Part shown: positions 45,041 through 54,500 of the stretch, one piece after another
Numbering within the stretch: position 1 is the stretch's first letter
Layout of the letters: the number at the start of each line of letters is the position of its first letter
Made by a program: the position numbers and the translations under genes
Virus record (IMG/VR): IMGVR_UViG_3300027747_001183
Source: a virus
Length of the DNA stretch: 64,000 nucleotides
Reading direction: 5' to 3' (one strand)
The notes under the pieces: generated by a model
Seen by the model: only the letters and a program-made list of their open reading frames with translations
Database searches by the model: none
What the model was told of the DNA's origin: nothing

Positions 45041-45418
45041 TCAACCACGACGCATCTTAGATATGTCCTCGGCATCCTGCGTATTGAACACTGGTACCAT
45101 GTTGGACTTGTGCATGGTAGCGATGCCCATGAGGTTGCCGCCGGTATAGACCTTTGGCTCGGGCCTAGGAGCCGAAGACGTAGTCATGCCGCCGCTGCGG
45201 TAGTCAGCCATGTCCGGCTGCATAGTGGCCTGATACTCGCGTCGCCAGTCTCGCTCTAAGATCTTCTTGTCAGCCTTCTTGCCGCCCGTCATCTTCTCGA
45301 TGTACAGCTGGTGCTGCATCTTGGAAAGCTCGAGCTTGGACAGGGCAGCCTGAGGCTTCTTCTTAGCCTTACGCTGCTTAAGGTCGTTGAAGTAAATAGG
45401 TAGAAGGTGCATCGTCAT
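45041..45418 (-). CDS. Conserved T4-like hypothetical protein
   Basis: YTG..L.GIATMHKSNMVPVF...A.DISKMRR. Confidence 0.7.
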   Translation of the reverse strand: MTMHLLPIYFNDLKQRKAKKKPQAALSKLELSKMQHQLYIEKMTGGKKADKKILERDWRREYQATMQPDMADYRSGGMTTSSAPRPEPKVYTGGNLMGIATMHKSNMVPVFNTQDAEDISKMRRG

Positions 45419-45648
45419 TTGTCTCTCTCCACCTCATCAATAACCGCGGCTGCATTTGACTTCCAATACCGCATCTGCAATGCGATCTTTTCGTAGCTCA
45501 TCTCCATAGGCTCGTTATGAAACGCCAATACGAACTCGCGGTACCGCTCGAGGTCGGCGATAGTCTGCTTCATCTCCATGATGCCGCCCGGACCCTCTAC
45601 GAGTCGGCGCTCACGGTCCGTAACCAGTGCTCGCTTATTCATCGTCAT
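45415..45648 (-). CDS. Hypothetical protein
   Basis: Coupled early ORF. Confidence 0.5.
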   Translation of the reverse strand: MTMNKRALVTDRERRLVEGPGGIMEMKQTIADLERYREFVLAFHNEPMEMSYEKIALQMRYWKSNAAAVIDEVERDK

Positions 45649-46057
45649 AGTCGCTTTCACCCTTGGTGTCGATGACGATGTGTCCAAAGTGAAGGACACC
45701 GTCGTCTGAGTACACCTTGAACTCTTCAGGAAAGTCAAAGACGCGGCCGGAAGTAGAGCTGAGGCTTGATCCTTTATCCCAGCTCATGATGCCGATGGTG
45801 CCTGAGTCGACGTAGTACGTGCTCTCTTCGTTGTCTTCGTACGAGCCGTCGCCGTACTTAGTGTTGAGGATGCAGAACGTGTGCTCAGTGCCTTCGTAGA
45901 AGTTATCTACTCGACCTTTCTTGCCAAAAGAAACAGAAGAGATTACATCCCACATCTCATCGTCGCGGTAGCAGAGGTCGCCGATGAGGTAGCGTCCAGC
46001 TGGAAAGCTGACAGCTGAATCTGGAGCGCTGATGGGGAGGGAAGCCGGATAAGTCAT
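45635..46057 (-). CDS. Hypothetical protein
   Basis: G.Y.IGDLCY, T.YGDG.Y, VDSGTIG motifs. Confidence 0.7.
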   Translation of the reverse strand: MTYPASLPISAPDSAVSFPAGRYLIGDLCYRDDEMWDVISSVSFGKKGRVDNFYEGTEHTFCILNTKYGDGSYEDNEESTYYVDSGTIGIMSWDKGSSLSSTSGRVFDFPEEFKVYSDDGVLHFGHIVIDTKGESDYDDE

Positions 46058-46061
46058 ATGA

Positions 46062-46160
46062 TCAACCTTTCATGAAGAAGAATTCGTAGACTGCGCAGAC
46101 GGCCATGCCGACCAGCGCCATCTCGATAAAGGGGGCATATGCTAGAAATACGTTTACCAT
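46062..46160 (-). CDS. Small hydrophobic protein (32 aa)
   Basis: MVNVFLAYAPFIEMALVGMAVCAVYEFFFMKG; GGAG RBS behind early promoter. Confidence 0.45.
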   Translation of the reverse strand: MVNVFLAYAPFIEMALVGMAVCAVYEFFFMKG

Positions 46161-46171
46161 GACATTCTCCA

Positions 46172-46218
46172 TTGAGCTTATATTCTTATATTAGTACTTT
46201 TTTCAAAAAATGTCAACC
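46172..46218 (-). promoter_or_regulatory. Early promoter cassette
   Basis: GTTGACATTTTTTGAAAAAAGTACTAATATAAGAATATAAGC. Confidence 0.7.
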
Positions 46219-46437
46219 GTTAATTTCACGTTCGAGCATCTTTTTTTCAAAAGAATCCATGCCGGCGCAGTAGTCCGCATAGAGATCTGCATCTAGCCTG
46301 TCAGCGTAGTTACGCAGGTCTTCTACCACGAACAAGATATCTTCCAGAACCTCGTCCCGTGACTTCCCAAAAGTCCGGGCCCTACGGATGACGCCTTCTA
46401 GACGGTCTGCCATACTCATTGCACTCTGTACGTTCAT
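46213..46437 (-). CDS. Hypothetical early protein
   Basis: AAGGA RBS between promoter cassettes. Confidence 0.6.
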   Translation of the reverse strand: MNVQSAMSMADRLEGVIRRARTFGKSRDEVLEDILFVVEDLRNYADRLDADLYADYCAGMDSFEKKMLEREING

Positions 46438-46450
46438 TTGTTTTTCCTTT

Positions 46451-46625
46451 CCTTATATTCTTAATATAGACTATTTTCCACGAAAAGTACACAGTTTTTT
46501 TCAAAAAATAAGAACTTTTTTTTGTCAATCTTTTCAATGGCTTAGAGCAAGTTTCTATAAGCCATTGAAAAGATTACGTTTTTTCTACACTTTCTGGTGT
46601 ACATTCCTGCCAGACTGTGTATAAT
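46451..46625. promoter_or_regulatory. Divergent early promoters flanking an 18-bp inverted repeat
   Basis: GTGTACT..TATATT (-), GTGTACA..TATAAT (+); AATCTTTTCAATGGCTTA (46527-46544) / TAAGCCATTGAAAAGATT (46558-46575). Confidence 0.7.
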
Positions 46626-46649
46626 ACATATATTGTCATTAAAAAGGAT

Positions 46650-46865
46650 ATGACTATGGCTAAAGTGAAGGTTACTATGATCGATCCACCGTCTGGGTGG
46701 AGATACGGGTTTCCACGGGTACTGCCCGAAGAAGCCATGGGTAGGAATCTTGAGTGGATAGTTGAGCAGGGCTATCCGCAGTTCGAGATCGACAAGATGA
46801 AGGAACACTTCTACTGCCGTTACTGGGAAGCAGAGATTGAAGAATCAGACCTGCTTTTTTCTTAG
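46650..46865 (+). CDS. Hypothetical early protein
   Basis: MIDPPSGWRYGFP...W....GYP; AAGGA RBS. Confidence 0.7.
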   Translation: MTMAKVKVTMIDPPSGWRYGFPRVLPEEAMGRNLEWIVEQGYPQFEIDKMKEHFYCRYWEAEIEESDLLFS

Positions 46866-47489
46866 GAAGTTAGCTTCTGAACTGACCAGATTGCGATTGG
46901 TAGGAATCAATGGATCGTTTTCCATATGCCATCGCTTGCTTTTCTTGACCGTAAAGAAGACTTCGTGCTGTATCGCCCACTTTGCAGCCTGTACTATCTG
47001 ATTCTCGTTAAAATTAAATGGGATAAAGTTCCATACTATCGCGATATCCATGCTCTTTCCCAAGAGCATGGCTTCTTTTACGGCTTCAAAGTCGGCCTTT
47101 GTAAAGTTCTTTCTATACATGCCGACGGTCTTTTCAAATCCGTCTATAGCAAAGACCACGCGGTCTCTCTTGTCAAGTATGCTATAGAGCTCTTTCCAGA
47201 ACTCTATCTTCTTTCCAGAGCCATTTGTATTAACGCTTATTGTCTTTCCGCTAGCTTTTAAGATCTTTACGATCTCTAAGAACTTTGGATGGTAGATAGG
47301 ATCACCGAGACTTCCTGAAAACGTGATGTCTGTAATAGACTCAGTCTTTGCTATCTTCTCAATATGCTCTATCTTTATGTCAGCTATCTTTAGTAACTTT
47401 CCCATACCAGTACGAATACACTTTGTGCAAGCAAGCCTACACCTGCTAGTCAGTTCTATGTGCATTCTGACTCTAGGAGTTACCAGCAA
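46845..47489 (-). CDS. Radical SAM protein (short)
   Basis: HIELTSRCRLACTKC, GSLGDP, TNGS, FAIDG. Confidence 0.85.
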   Translation of the reverse strand: MLVTPRVRMHIELTSRCRLACTKCIRTGMGKLLKIADIKIEHIEKIAKTESITDITFSGSLGDPIYHPKFLEIVKILKASGKTISVNTNGSGKKIEFWKELYSILDKRDRVVFAIDGFEKTVGMYRKNFTKADFEAVKEAMLLGKSMDIAIVWNFIPFNFNENQIVQAAKWAIQHEVFFTVKKSKRWHMENDPLIPTNRNLVSSEANFLRKKQV

Positions 47490-47851
47490 TCGTGAATCTC
47501 CATAAACTCTGTAAGGTCATCGTAGTTTCTTATATTGAATATCTCTTGATTATATTCATTTACAGATTCTTTTATAGATCTCTTAGTGCAGTTTATCTTA
47601 CACACCCATGGTGCGTTTTTATAGTCGCCCTTGATCTTTTCTATCCAGTCAGTGAAGATCTTCTTTTTGTGAAACTCATCAGCAGTATCTGAGTTTTCTA
47701 GACTAAACTCTTCTGATAGAAATATGCCGAGTTCTTTTTTTTCTTGTTCATCTAGAGAGTAGATGCTGAAGTTACAGCATGGAGACCACATACCTTCTTG
47801 GGTAATGAGCCCCAATTCATTATTGGCACATCTAGGTTCTATCTGTTTCAT
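47480..47851 (-). CDS. Stand-alone SPASM/twitch-like Cys protein
   Basis: IEPRC.....IT.EG..SPCC...C..NC; TATAAATA at 47857-47864. Confidence 0.65.
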   Translation of the reverse strand: MKQIEPRCANNELGLITQEGMWSPCCNFSIYSLDEQEKKELGIFLSEEFSLENSDTADEFHKKKIFTDWIEKIKGDYKNAPWVCKINCTKRSIKESVNEYNQEIFNIRNYDDLTEFMEIHDCW

Positions 47852-47865
47852 GTAGGTATTTATAC

Positions 47866-47891
47866 AAAAAAGGGGAGCCCGAAGGCTCCCC
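47866..47891 (-). terminator. Terminator after gp23
   Basis: GGGGAGCC-TTCG-GGCTCCCC followed by TTTTTT. Confidence 0.85.
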
Positions 47892-47924
47892 AATTTCTTA
47901 GGTCCGGTTGTATCCGGCTTCTTA

Positions 47925-49295
47925 TTAGAGAAGGTTCGATACAAGAACGCGACGGTAGTAGATGTTCGTATCTTCTTCTAGTGCACCAGATGTGTCAGGA
48001 GCAGTAGCACCCTTAGCGAATGGGTTTGGTACGATGCCGTAGCGAGTCTTGAAACCAATCTTTGGCTGGAAGGAATCCTGACCAACCGCACGAACCATCT
48101 GAAGTGGAACGTATGGGCAGTAGAAGAGACCAGCGTCGAATGCGTTTGCACCTTTATAGCCGACGACTAGGTAGTTGCCAGTAGTATATGGGTCGATGTA
48201 GACGCGGAAGCGACCGTTGAGGATACCAGCGAAGGTGTTGCCAGTGTCGTCAACCTGTAGGTTGTTGCTGTTTAGAGCTGGAGCGTAGTCGAGAACGCCT
48301 GCCATCTGAAGAGCAGAAGCTACGTCAGAGGAGCAGATGATCACGTTACCCTTGCCACGACGAGTGTCCTTGGCAATCTGGTTAGCTTCACGCTCGATCT
48401 GGAACATAAGACCCTTGAACTTTTCAACTGACCAACGACCGTTTGAGTCGGTGTCAAGGTCGAAGATGCCCTGAGTAACTGTACCAGTGTTTGCACCGCG
48501 GACTGCAGTGATGTTGATCGAACGAACTACTTCACGGTTGATTTCAGCAAGGATTTCAGACTGAAGGATGTTCGCTAGTTCAGTCTCAGCGTCTAGACCA
48601 TGGATTGCCTTAAGGTCCTGTGCAAGTTCCATAGTGTATTCTGCCTTGAGGGCGCGTGACTTAGCAGTAACAGTCTGCTTGTCGATCGAGAACGCCATTT
48701 CAGCGAATGCAACGTTTGAAGTCGAACCAAGAGCTTCAGACTGCTGAGTGTTTGCGCCGCCAGCGAAGTTGTAGAGGTTGTTGTTGGCGATCGCAGTAGT
48801 CTGTGAAGTGTTACCTGGAACAGTACCGACGTTCTTGTTGCCGATAGTGTTAGCATTCGAGATGCCAGGTGAAGAGAATGCAGTGTTAGCTTCGTTGTAA
48901 AGTGCTTCTGCAGTAGTACGAGCAGTCGAGTTAGCGTAGTTAGCACGCATTGCGAAGATGAGTCCAGTTGGACCAGTCATTGGCTGAACGCCGCAGATGT
49001 CGTATGCGATGAGGTTAGGCATTGCACGACGGACTAGGGAGATGAGGATTGGGTCGTAACCAGCAACGCCAGTACCACCTGCGCCAGCATAACCGCCAGT
49101 ACCTGCAGAGTTAGTTGGTGAAGTCTCGAAGAGAGACTGTGGATTGAAAGCTGCTTGTTCCTTGATGGCGATCTCAGTGTTCTCAAGGATCTGTGCAGTG
49201 ACGTTGCGACGATGCGAGTCACCGATCTTTGGGAGCTCTGAGTGCTCAAGAACTGGCTTCCACTTAGCTACTAAACTTTCATAATTGTAGTTCAT
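47925..49295 (-). CDS. gp23: Major capsid protein
   Basis: LISLVRRAMPNLIAYDICGVQPMTGPTGLIFAMR, KSRALKAEY..ELAQDLKAIHG, FQPKIGFKTRYG. Confidence 0.98.
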   Translation of the reverse strand: MNYNYESLVAKWKPVLEHSELPKIGDSHRRNVTAQILENTEIAIKEQAAFNPQSLFETSPTNSAGTGGYAGAGGTGVAGYDPILISLVRRAMPNLIAYDICGVQPMTGPTGLIFAMRANYANSTARTTAEALYNEANTAFSSPGISNANTIGNKNVGTVPGNTSQTTAIANNNLYNFAGGANTQQSEALGSTSNVAFAEMAFSIDKQTVTAKSRALKAEYTMELAQDLKAIHGLDAETELANILQSEILAEINREVVRSINITAVRGANTGTVTQGIFDLDTDSNGRWSVEKFKGLMFQIEREANQIAKDTRRGKGNVIICSSDVASALQMAGVLDYAPALNSNNLQVDDTGNTFAGILNGRFRVYIDPYTTGNYLVVGYKGANAFDAGLFYCPYVPLQMVRAVGQDSFQPKIGFKTRYGIVPNPFAKGATAPDTSGALEEDTNIYYRRVLVSNLL

Positions 49296-49340
49296 TTTAG
49301 TTTTCTCCTTTAAGAGTTTTGTAATTTTATTTATTAGAAA

Positions 49341-50600
49341 TTACTTCTTGACCGTATTAGACAGTGATTTTACGTATGCCTGCATGTCAGGTGCGACATA
49401 TTGTGCAGCTTCTGGCTCCTCTACAGACTCGCTAAGGAGCTGATCCTGGGTCACCTTAACTTCACTCTTGCCTGCAAAATAAGTTTCTTTAATGATATTA
49501 GCCTTCTTGACAAACTCTTCTGCCGAAGAATAGTCCACAGCCTCAATCAGCTTTGTAAACTTCTCTTTCTGAGTATCAGTCATGCCTTCAGACAGCTCAT
49601 CTGCAGCTTCCTTGACTTTCTTCTCAGACACTACCTTAGTAAGCTCGATGTTCTTCTCAGTAGTCTCATTGATCTGGGACTCTAGAGCTTCTACCATTGC
49701 GAGCAGCGACTCGACTACAGATACTTCGTCGTCTGGAATGTCGAGGTGGTGCTCGTTGAAGAGGTTGTATAGACCTGCAAGGAAAGACTCAGTGACTTCA
49801 GTCTTGATGTTCTCTTCTACTGCAAGCTTGTTCTGTTCAATCCACTCAGCTACTGCGTAGTTGAGGTAGCTGTCGATGTTCTCTTCCATCTCTTCCTTGA
49901 TAGAGTCAAGGGCTTCCTGAGCTTCCTCAGCTAGCTCTTCCTCGATCTTAGCTACTTCTAGTGCAACGCGTGTACCGACTGCAGCCTCAAAGATAGTTCC
50001 GATCTTGTCCTTGAACTCTTCCGAAAGGTCCTGTGAGTCGCCGAATACTAGCTCAAGGTCTTCCTTTGCGATCTGCTTCATGGCTTCTGCTGGAGCGCTA
50101 GCTGACTGGATAGATGTCTTGTTCTTGTTAGCGTCACCGTTAGCGTATGAAGTATTGTTGTCGAACACTTCTTCTGGTGAGTGCGTCATTTCTTCTGGAT
50201 TAGCTAGAGTTGCAACGAATGCTGCTAGCTCCATTGGGGCCATCATTGTAGCATACTGAACCATGGTCCTCATGAGGTCAGAGCGCGATACGTTAGTTGG
50301 GTTAGCGTCGATGGTACTGCCGTTCTGAGTCATGGCAACATCTTCCTTAACTTCTTTGAACTCAGAAGCATGCTTTACTAGAGTATGTATAGGATACTTA
50401 CCAAGAGCTCCATGTGTGATTGTCTTATTTGTATTTTTATCAACCATATCAGGCCCATCGAAGTAGACTGTACGGCCTGTTTCCTTACGAATGATCTTAC
50501 CAGCATGTATCTGCTGATCGTGTTGGACCGGGGAGCGCCCGTCATCCACTACATTAGCTTCATCTAGTTCGTTCTGGACGTTTAGATTTTCGTTAGACAT
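49341..50600 (-). CDS. gp22: Prohead core scaffold protein with extended N-terminus
   Basis: LSEEFK.K..TIFEAAV, YL.Y...EW...N..A, F...L..LF.EH; late promoter at 50630-50637. Confidence 0.9.
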   Translation of the reverse strand: MSNENLNVQNELDEANVVDDGRSPVQHDQQIHAGKIIRKETGRTVYFDGPDMVDKNTNKTITHGALGKYPIHTLVKHASEFKEVKEDVAMTQNGSTIDANPTNVSRSDLMRTMVQYATMMAPMELAAFVATLANPEEMTHSPEEVFDNNTSYANGDANKNKTSIQSASAPAEAMKQIAKEDLELVFGDSQDLSEEFKDKIGTIFEAAVGTRVALEVAKIEEELAEEAQEALDSIKEEMEENIDSYLNYAVAEWIEQNKLAVEENIKTEVTESFLAGLYNLFNEHHLDIPDDEVSVVESLLAMVEALESQINETTEKNIELTKVVSEKKVKEAADELSEGMTDTQKEKFTKLIEAVDYSSAEEFVKKANIIKETYFAGKSEVKVTQDQLLSESVEEPEAAQYVAPDMQAYVKSLSNTVKK

Positions 50601-50641
50601 ATTGAGTAACTCCTATAGTTTTTCTAAAGTATTTATAAATC

Positions 50642-51301
50642 TTAGAGATTTGAAACGAAGTGCTTGAATACTCTCAGTTTAGCCTCTTCTAGCTCAGTCT
50701 TAGTGACCTTGCGAGCGGCTTCCTCGATATGAGCCTTCGCCTTCTCGAGTTCTTGGGCCTTGAGAACTCCATTGTCCCATACCCACTCGACTCCCTCCAT
50801 GATGCCGTTTACGAATGCATTCGGTGCAGACGGGTCTGCTACGATGTCGCCGGCAGTGGCTAGGTAGAAGTCGTCCTGTACTACGTGAACGCCGTTGACT
50901 TCTTTTAGCGAGCCCATTCCACGGGTAGATACTCCGAGCTGTACTCCAGACTCGATCAAGTTTCGTGCAATCTCGCCCATTGGTGTAGGTAGGATCATTG
51001 CCTTGCCGATGAAGTTGTTACCTTCTGGAACTAGAGAAACGATCTTATGAGAGATGCGGTCTAGGTTAAGTGAAGGACCTTCTGGGTGGCCGAGCTCTCC
51101 AAGAGCGCGACCCTTGTTCACGTAGTCTTCAACGTATCTGTTGACTTCGCGAGTAACGGACTCAAGACGATACATGCGCCCGTTGCGGTTCTTTACTTCC
51201 GTCTGGATAAACGGTCCATGGATATAGAGGTTCTTCTTTCCCTCTACACCCTCTTCGGTGATTACCTTAAGTTCTTCGTTTAGTTCTGTGATGAGTTTCA
51301 T
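50642..51301 (-). CDS. gp21: Prohead protease
   Basis: NRNGR.Y, ALGELGHP, LGVSTRGMGS, DIVADPSAP.AFV.GI.E. Confidence 0.96.
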   Translation of the reverse strand: MKLITELNEELKVITEEGVEGKKNLYIHGPFIQTEVKNRNGRMYRLESVTREVNRYVEDYVNKGRALGELGHPEGPSLNLDRISHKIVSLVPEGNNFIGKAMILPTPMGEIARNLIESGVQLGVSTRGMGSLKEVNGVHVVQDDFYLATAGDIVADPSAPNAFVNGIMEGVEWVWDNGVLKAQELEKAKAHIEEAARKVTKTELEEAKLRVFKHFVSNL

Positions 51302-51313
51302 CTTAGTTGTTCC

Positions 51314-51592
51314 TTAATTTTTATAAGCAACTGGTGTAGCTGCCAAAGAAACACCTGAATGGTTTGACGTTATAATATCTGTTTTACCTTTTTCTACGAT
51401 AAAACTTTCTCCACCTACAATAGACACACTCCACAAGATTGTTGTGTTAGTTGAGTCTTTGCATGTAATTACAGCTAAAGTTGTTATTGCACCTGCATGT
51501 GACATCAATACTAAAGAACTATTACCATAAGAACTAAAAGTTGAAGTATTACAACTTGATGTATTGCCAGTTGGTTTAATTATAGCAGCCAT
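51314..51592 (-). CDS. Small hypothetical structural-region protein
   Basis: Ser/Thr-rich, AT-rich ORF upstream of gp21. Confidence 0.6.
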   Translation of the reverse strand: MAAIIKPTGNTSSCNTSTFSSYGNSSLVLMSHAGAITTLAVITCKDSTNTTILWSVSIVGGESFIVEKGKTDIITSNHSGVSLAATPVAYKN

Positions 51593-54500
51593 TAGATTCC
51601 ATGCTCCTCTGCAAATGCTAGAAGAGTGTCGATGCCGTCTTGTGAACCAAGCATGTCATCGAACTTAACCCTGTTCTCTTCTGAGAGCGTATCATATAGA
51701 CGCTCTAGTACTTCTTCTGCCATCTTCTTCTTCTTTGACCTAAGAAGCTTAAAGTCTATCTTGGTAAGCTTCTCGTCACGGTTCATGTCTAGGTTCTTCT
51801 GTCCACCAACTAATTCTTCTACCTTGATCTCTCTCTTTGCTGCCCTAACGAACTTAGGGCGACCATTCGGGAAGACTCTGATAATCATGGGACCCCTTGC
51901 AGAATCCTTTGTAGTTACGTCAGTGTCTTCATTTCTTATAGATCTCTTAGTCATAGATCCGAGAGATACCCTTGGCTTCTTTTCTACTGCAGGGGGCTTG
52001 CCGTGCTTCACTACGTGCATGAAGTGTTCGTGCGAGTGAGCCAGGGCATTCTGTACTTCTTCTTTCTTACCCATAGCTACCGTAGTATTTGCATGTATCT
52101 CAAGGGCTTTTGCTACGTGCTTTGGATCTACGAGGTGCTTCTCGCCGTTCTCAAAAGTAAGCTTGTGCATACCGTTGACTGGAGCCTTGTGCATCTGGTT
52201 GATGATGTTGTTATTTGCTGCGCGTTCTACGCGATCTGACTCTTCTTCGTCGTCGCCCTTCTTCTCTACTACGTAGTCTTCACCCATGCGGTTCATGAAG
52301 TTGCCGTAGCTGGAAGCCATCTTACCAGACTGGCTGTAAGATGGAGCTGAGTCAGAAGTCTTATCTTTATCGCCATAGACCATATAGTCATGGACTCCAG
52401 AGATCATCTCCTTGGCAGAAGCGATCTTTGACTGTACCCATGGCTCGATGTGCATGCTCTGAGACATATTGTTCATCATGTCTTCAGCTTTAGCGCATAT
52501 AGCCTTGAGCTCAGTGCGCACCATCGACACCTCATCAGAGACGTAGTCGTTGTCTTCATATGCCTCGTTGCGCTGCTTTGAATAGTAGGCAGCCATCGCC
52601 TGCTTCATTCGTTCTTTCTTTGACTTGCCTGCTAAATTAGAAGCTTTACTGTGAACAAAGTCTGATATCCAAGTACCAATAGGAGTCTTCTTTGTAAGGA
52701 CTTCATTGACTTGCTCGACTTCTTCATTCTGTTTAGTAGAAGATTCTTTTTTCTGTCTTTCAAGATCTCGAATTTGATCTAGAATAGTGTTCCTCTTATT
52801 ACGAAGTCCTTCTTCTCTAGGACTCATAGTTCTGCTTCCTCTATTTCTGCGAGCTTGTTGTGCGCGTCCATATAGAACATCATGACGATTATATTGGTTT
52901 TGCAAGCTTGCAATCTTCTTGTCGATGTTTTCATTGACTTGCTCGACTTCTTCAGCAACAGATATAGTACCTATATGACGACCAATTGGTTGTTTTTTAT
53001 TACGAATATAATATAAATGAGTATTTTCCTCACCATACTTATTTGTATGACTAATTGTATGACCTGGAATATCAGCTCTAATACGCCCAGGACCATAACG
53101 ATCTCTCATTGCTTTTTTGTGGGCGTCTGGTACTGTTGCTTCATAAAGTTCAACTTCTTCTTTAATTCTTCTTAAAGCACTAGGTTCTACGATTGTTTTT
53201 GTACCACCCATTGTTGTAATACGAGATTGCGTACCTGTTATAAATCCACCAAAGTCTACTTCATGATCACCATTAGGTAAAATTTTTGTTATAATACCTT
53301 TATGGCCATGAGAAGCAGATCCTGGAGCATGGATTTTTACAAGATCACCAACATGGTGTGCTTCATCAATAGTTCCAGTAATGCCTTTTCTAAGAACAGT
53401 ATCTTTTTCTTGTTCGCCTTTAGAAAGAGCATAAAAAGGTGTTCGTTGAAGTTTTTCTCTAGCAGCTTGTTTTTCTGGATTAGGTGCAGGCACTTGATTA
53501 ACTGTTTTACCCCAACCTTTATGAACTTCAGAATCTTGTGCTCTAGAATTACCACCCATTCTTTTAGATGTAAGAGCAGCATGAGCGCTATTAAAATTCG
53601 CCACAGAACCAAACCCTTGCTTTCTTCTATTACCAGCGATAGGTGACACACCACCTTTAGTAGTACCATAGTGATATTTTGTATTTAATGCTTCATCACC
53701 TCGAGTCGCTGCACGTGCAGTTCTTACATTTTGTACTCCAGGACTTACAGGACGAAATGTTCCTTTTTTACCCATTTCATTGACTTGCTCGACTTCTTCA
53801 TTCTTCATAGGTTTTCTAGAATAAACGTCAACGCGTGCGCTGTGCTCAGGCTTGATGTCTTGAGATGTCATCCTATAGTGTTTGCCGCCCCTCTTATAAA
53901 GGTGCTTGAACTTATCGAGAGGAGTGCGGCCGCGAACCCTGTGTCCGCCGACGGCTTTGCTCTTCATGTCAGCGAGCTTCTCGTCGTAGTCGGGATCGTC
54001 TTTCTTAATAGTGCCGATGTAGGTGTCGGTACGACTCGCTTCGTCGAGCTCAACGTCTTCGTTCTTCATAGCTGCTTTACGGGCTTTTTCATCTCTCATC
54101 ATCTTTACAATGTTTGGTGAACCAAACTCTGGAGCTTTCTTCATTGTGTCAGAATAAAGCTTTGGCTTAGACATAGTTGACTTTGCTTCATCAAGTTCTG
54201 CTTCTTTTTTCATTGAAGTGTAGCCAAGACCAGACCAGTGCTTCTTGTGTACGTGACCGAGAACGAAGTCGCGAGGATCAGTGTCCATCTTGGCAAGATG
54301 GTTCTTTAGACCTTCGAGGTGACCGTGCTCGATATGGTGAGCAGCCTGAAGCATGTCATGCCTATCGATGCCGCCATGCTCGCGCGCATAATTTCTAAGC
54401 TCTTTATGGTCGCCAAGTGAGTGGCTCATGTTTGCTTCGTTGTGAATCTTCTTTAGAGTCTGTGCGAGCTTTAGGCCCCTGTCATATGCCTGTGCAGACT

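Noticed and set aside
52702-53800. CRISPR-like array from the 25-nt repeats
   Set aside because: Spacers are ~200 and ~820 nt, repeats are in-frame coding, and no cas genes are present
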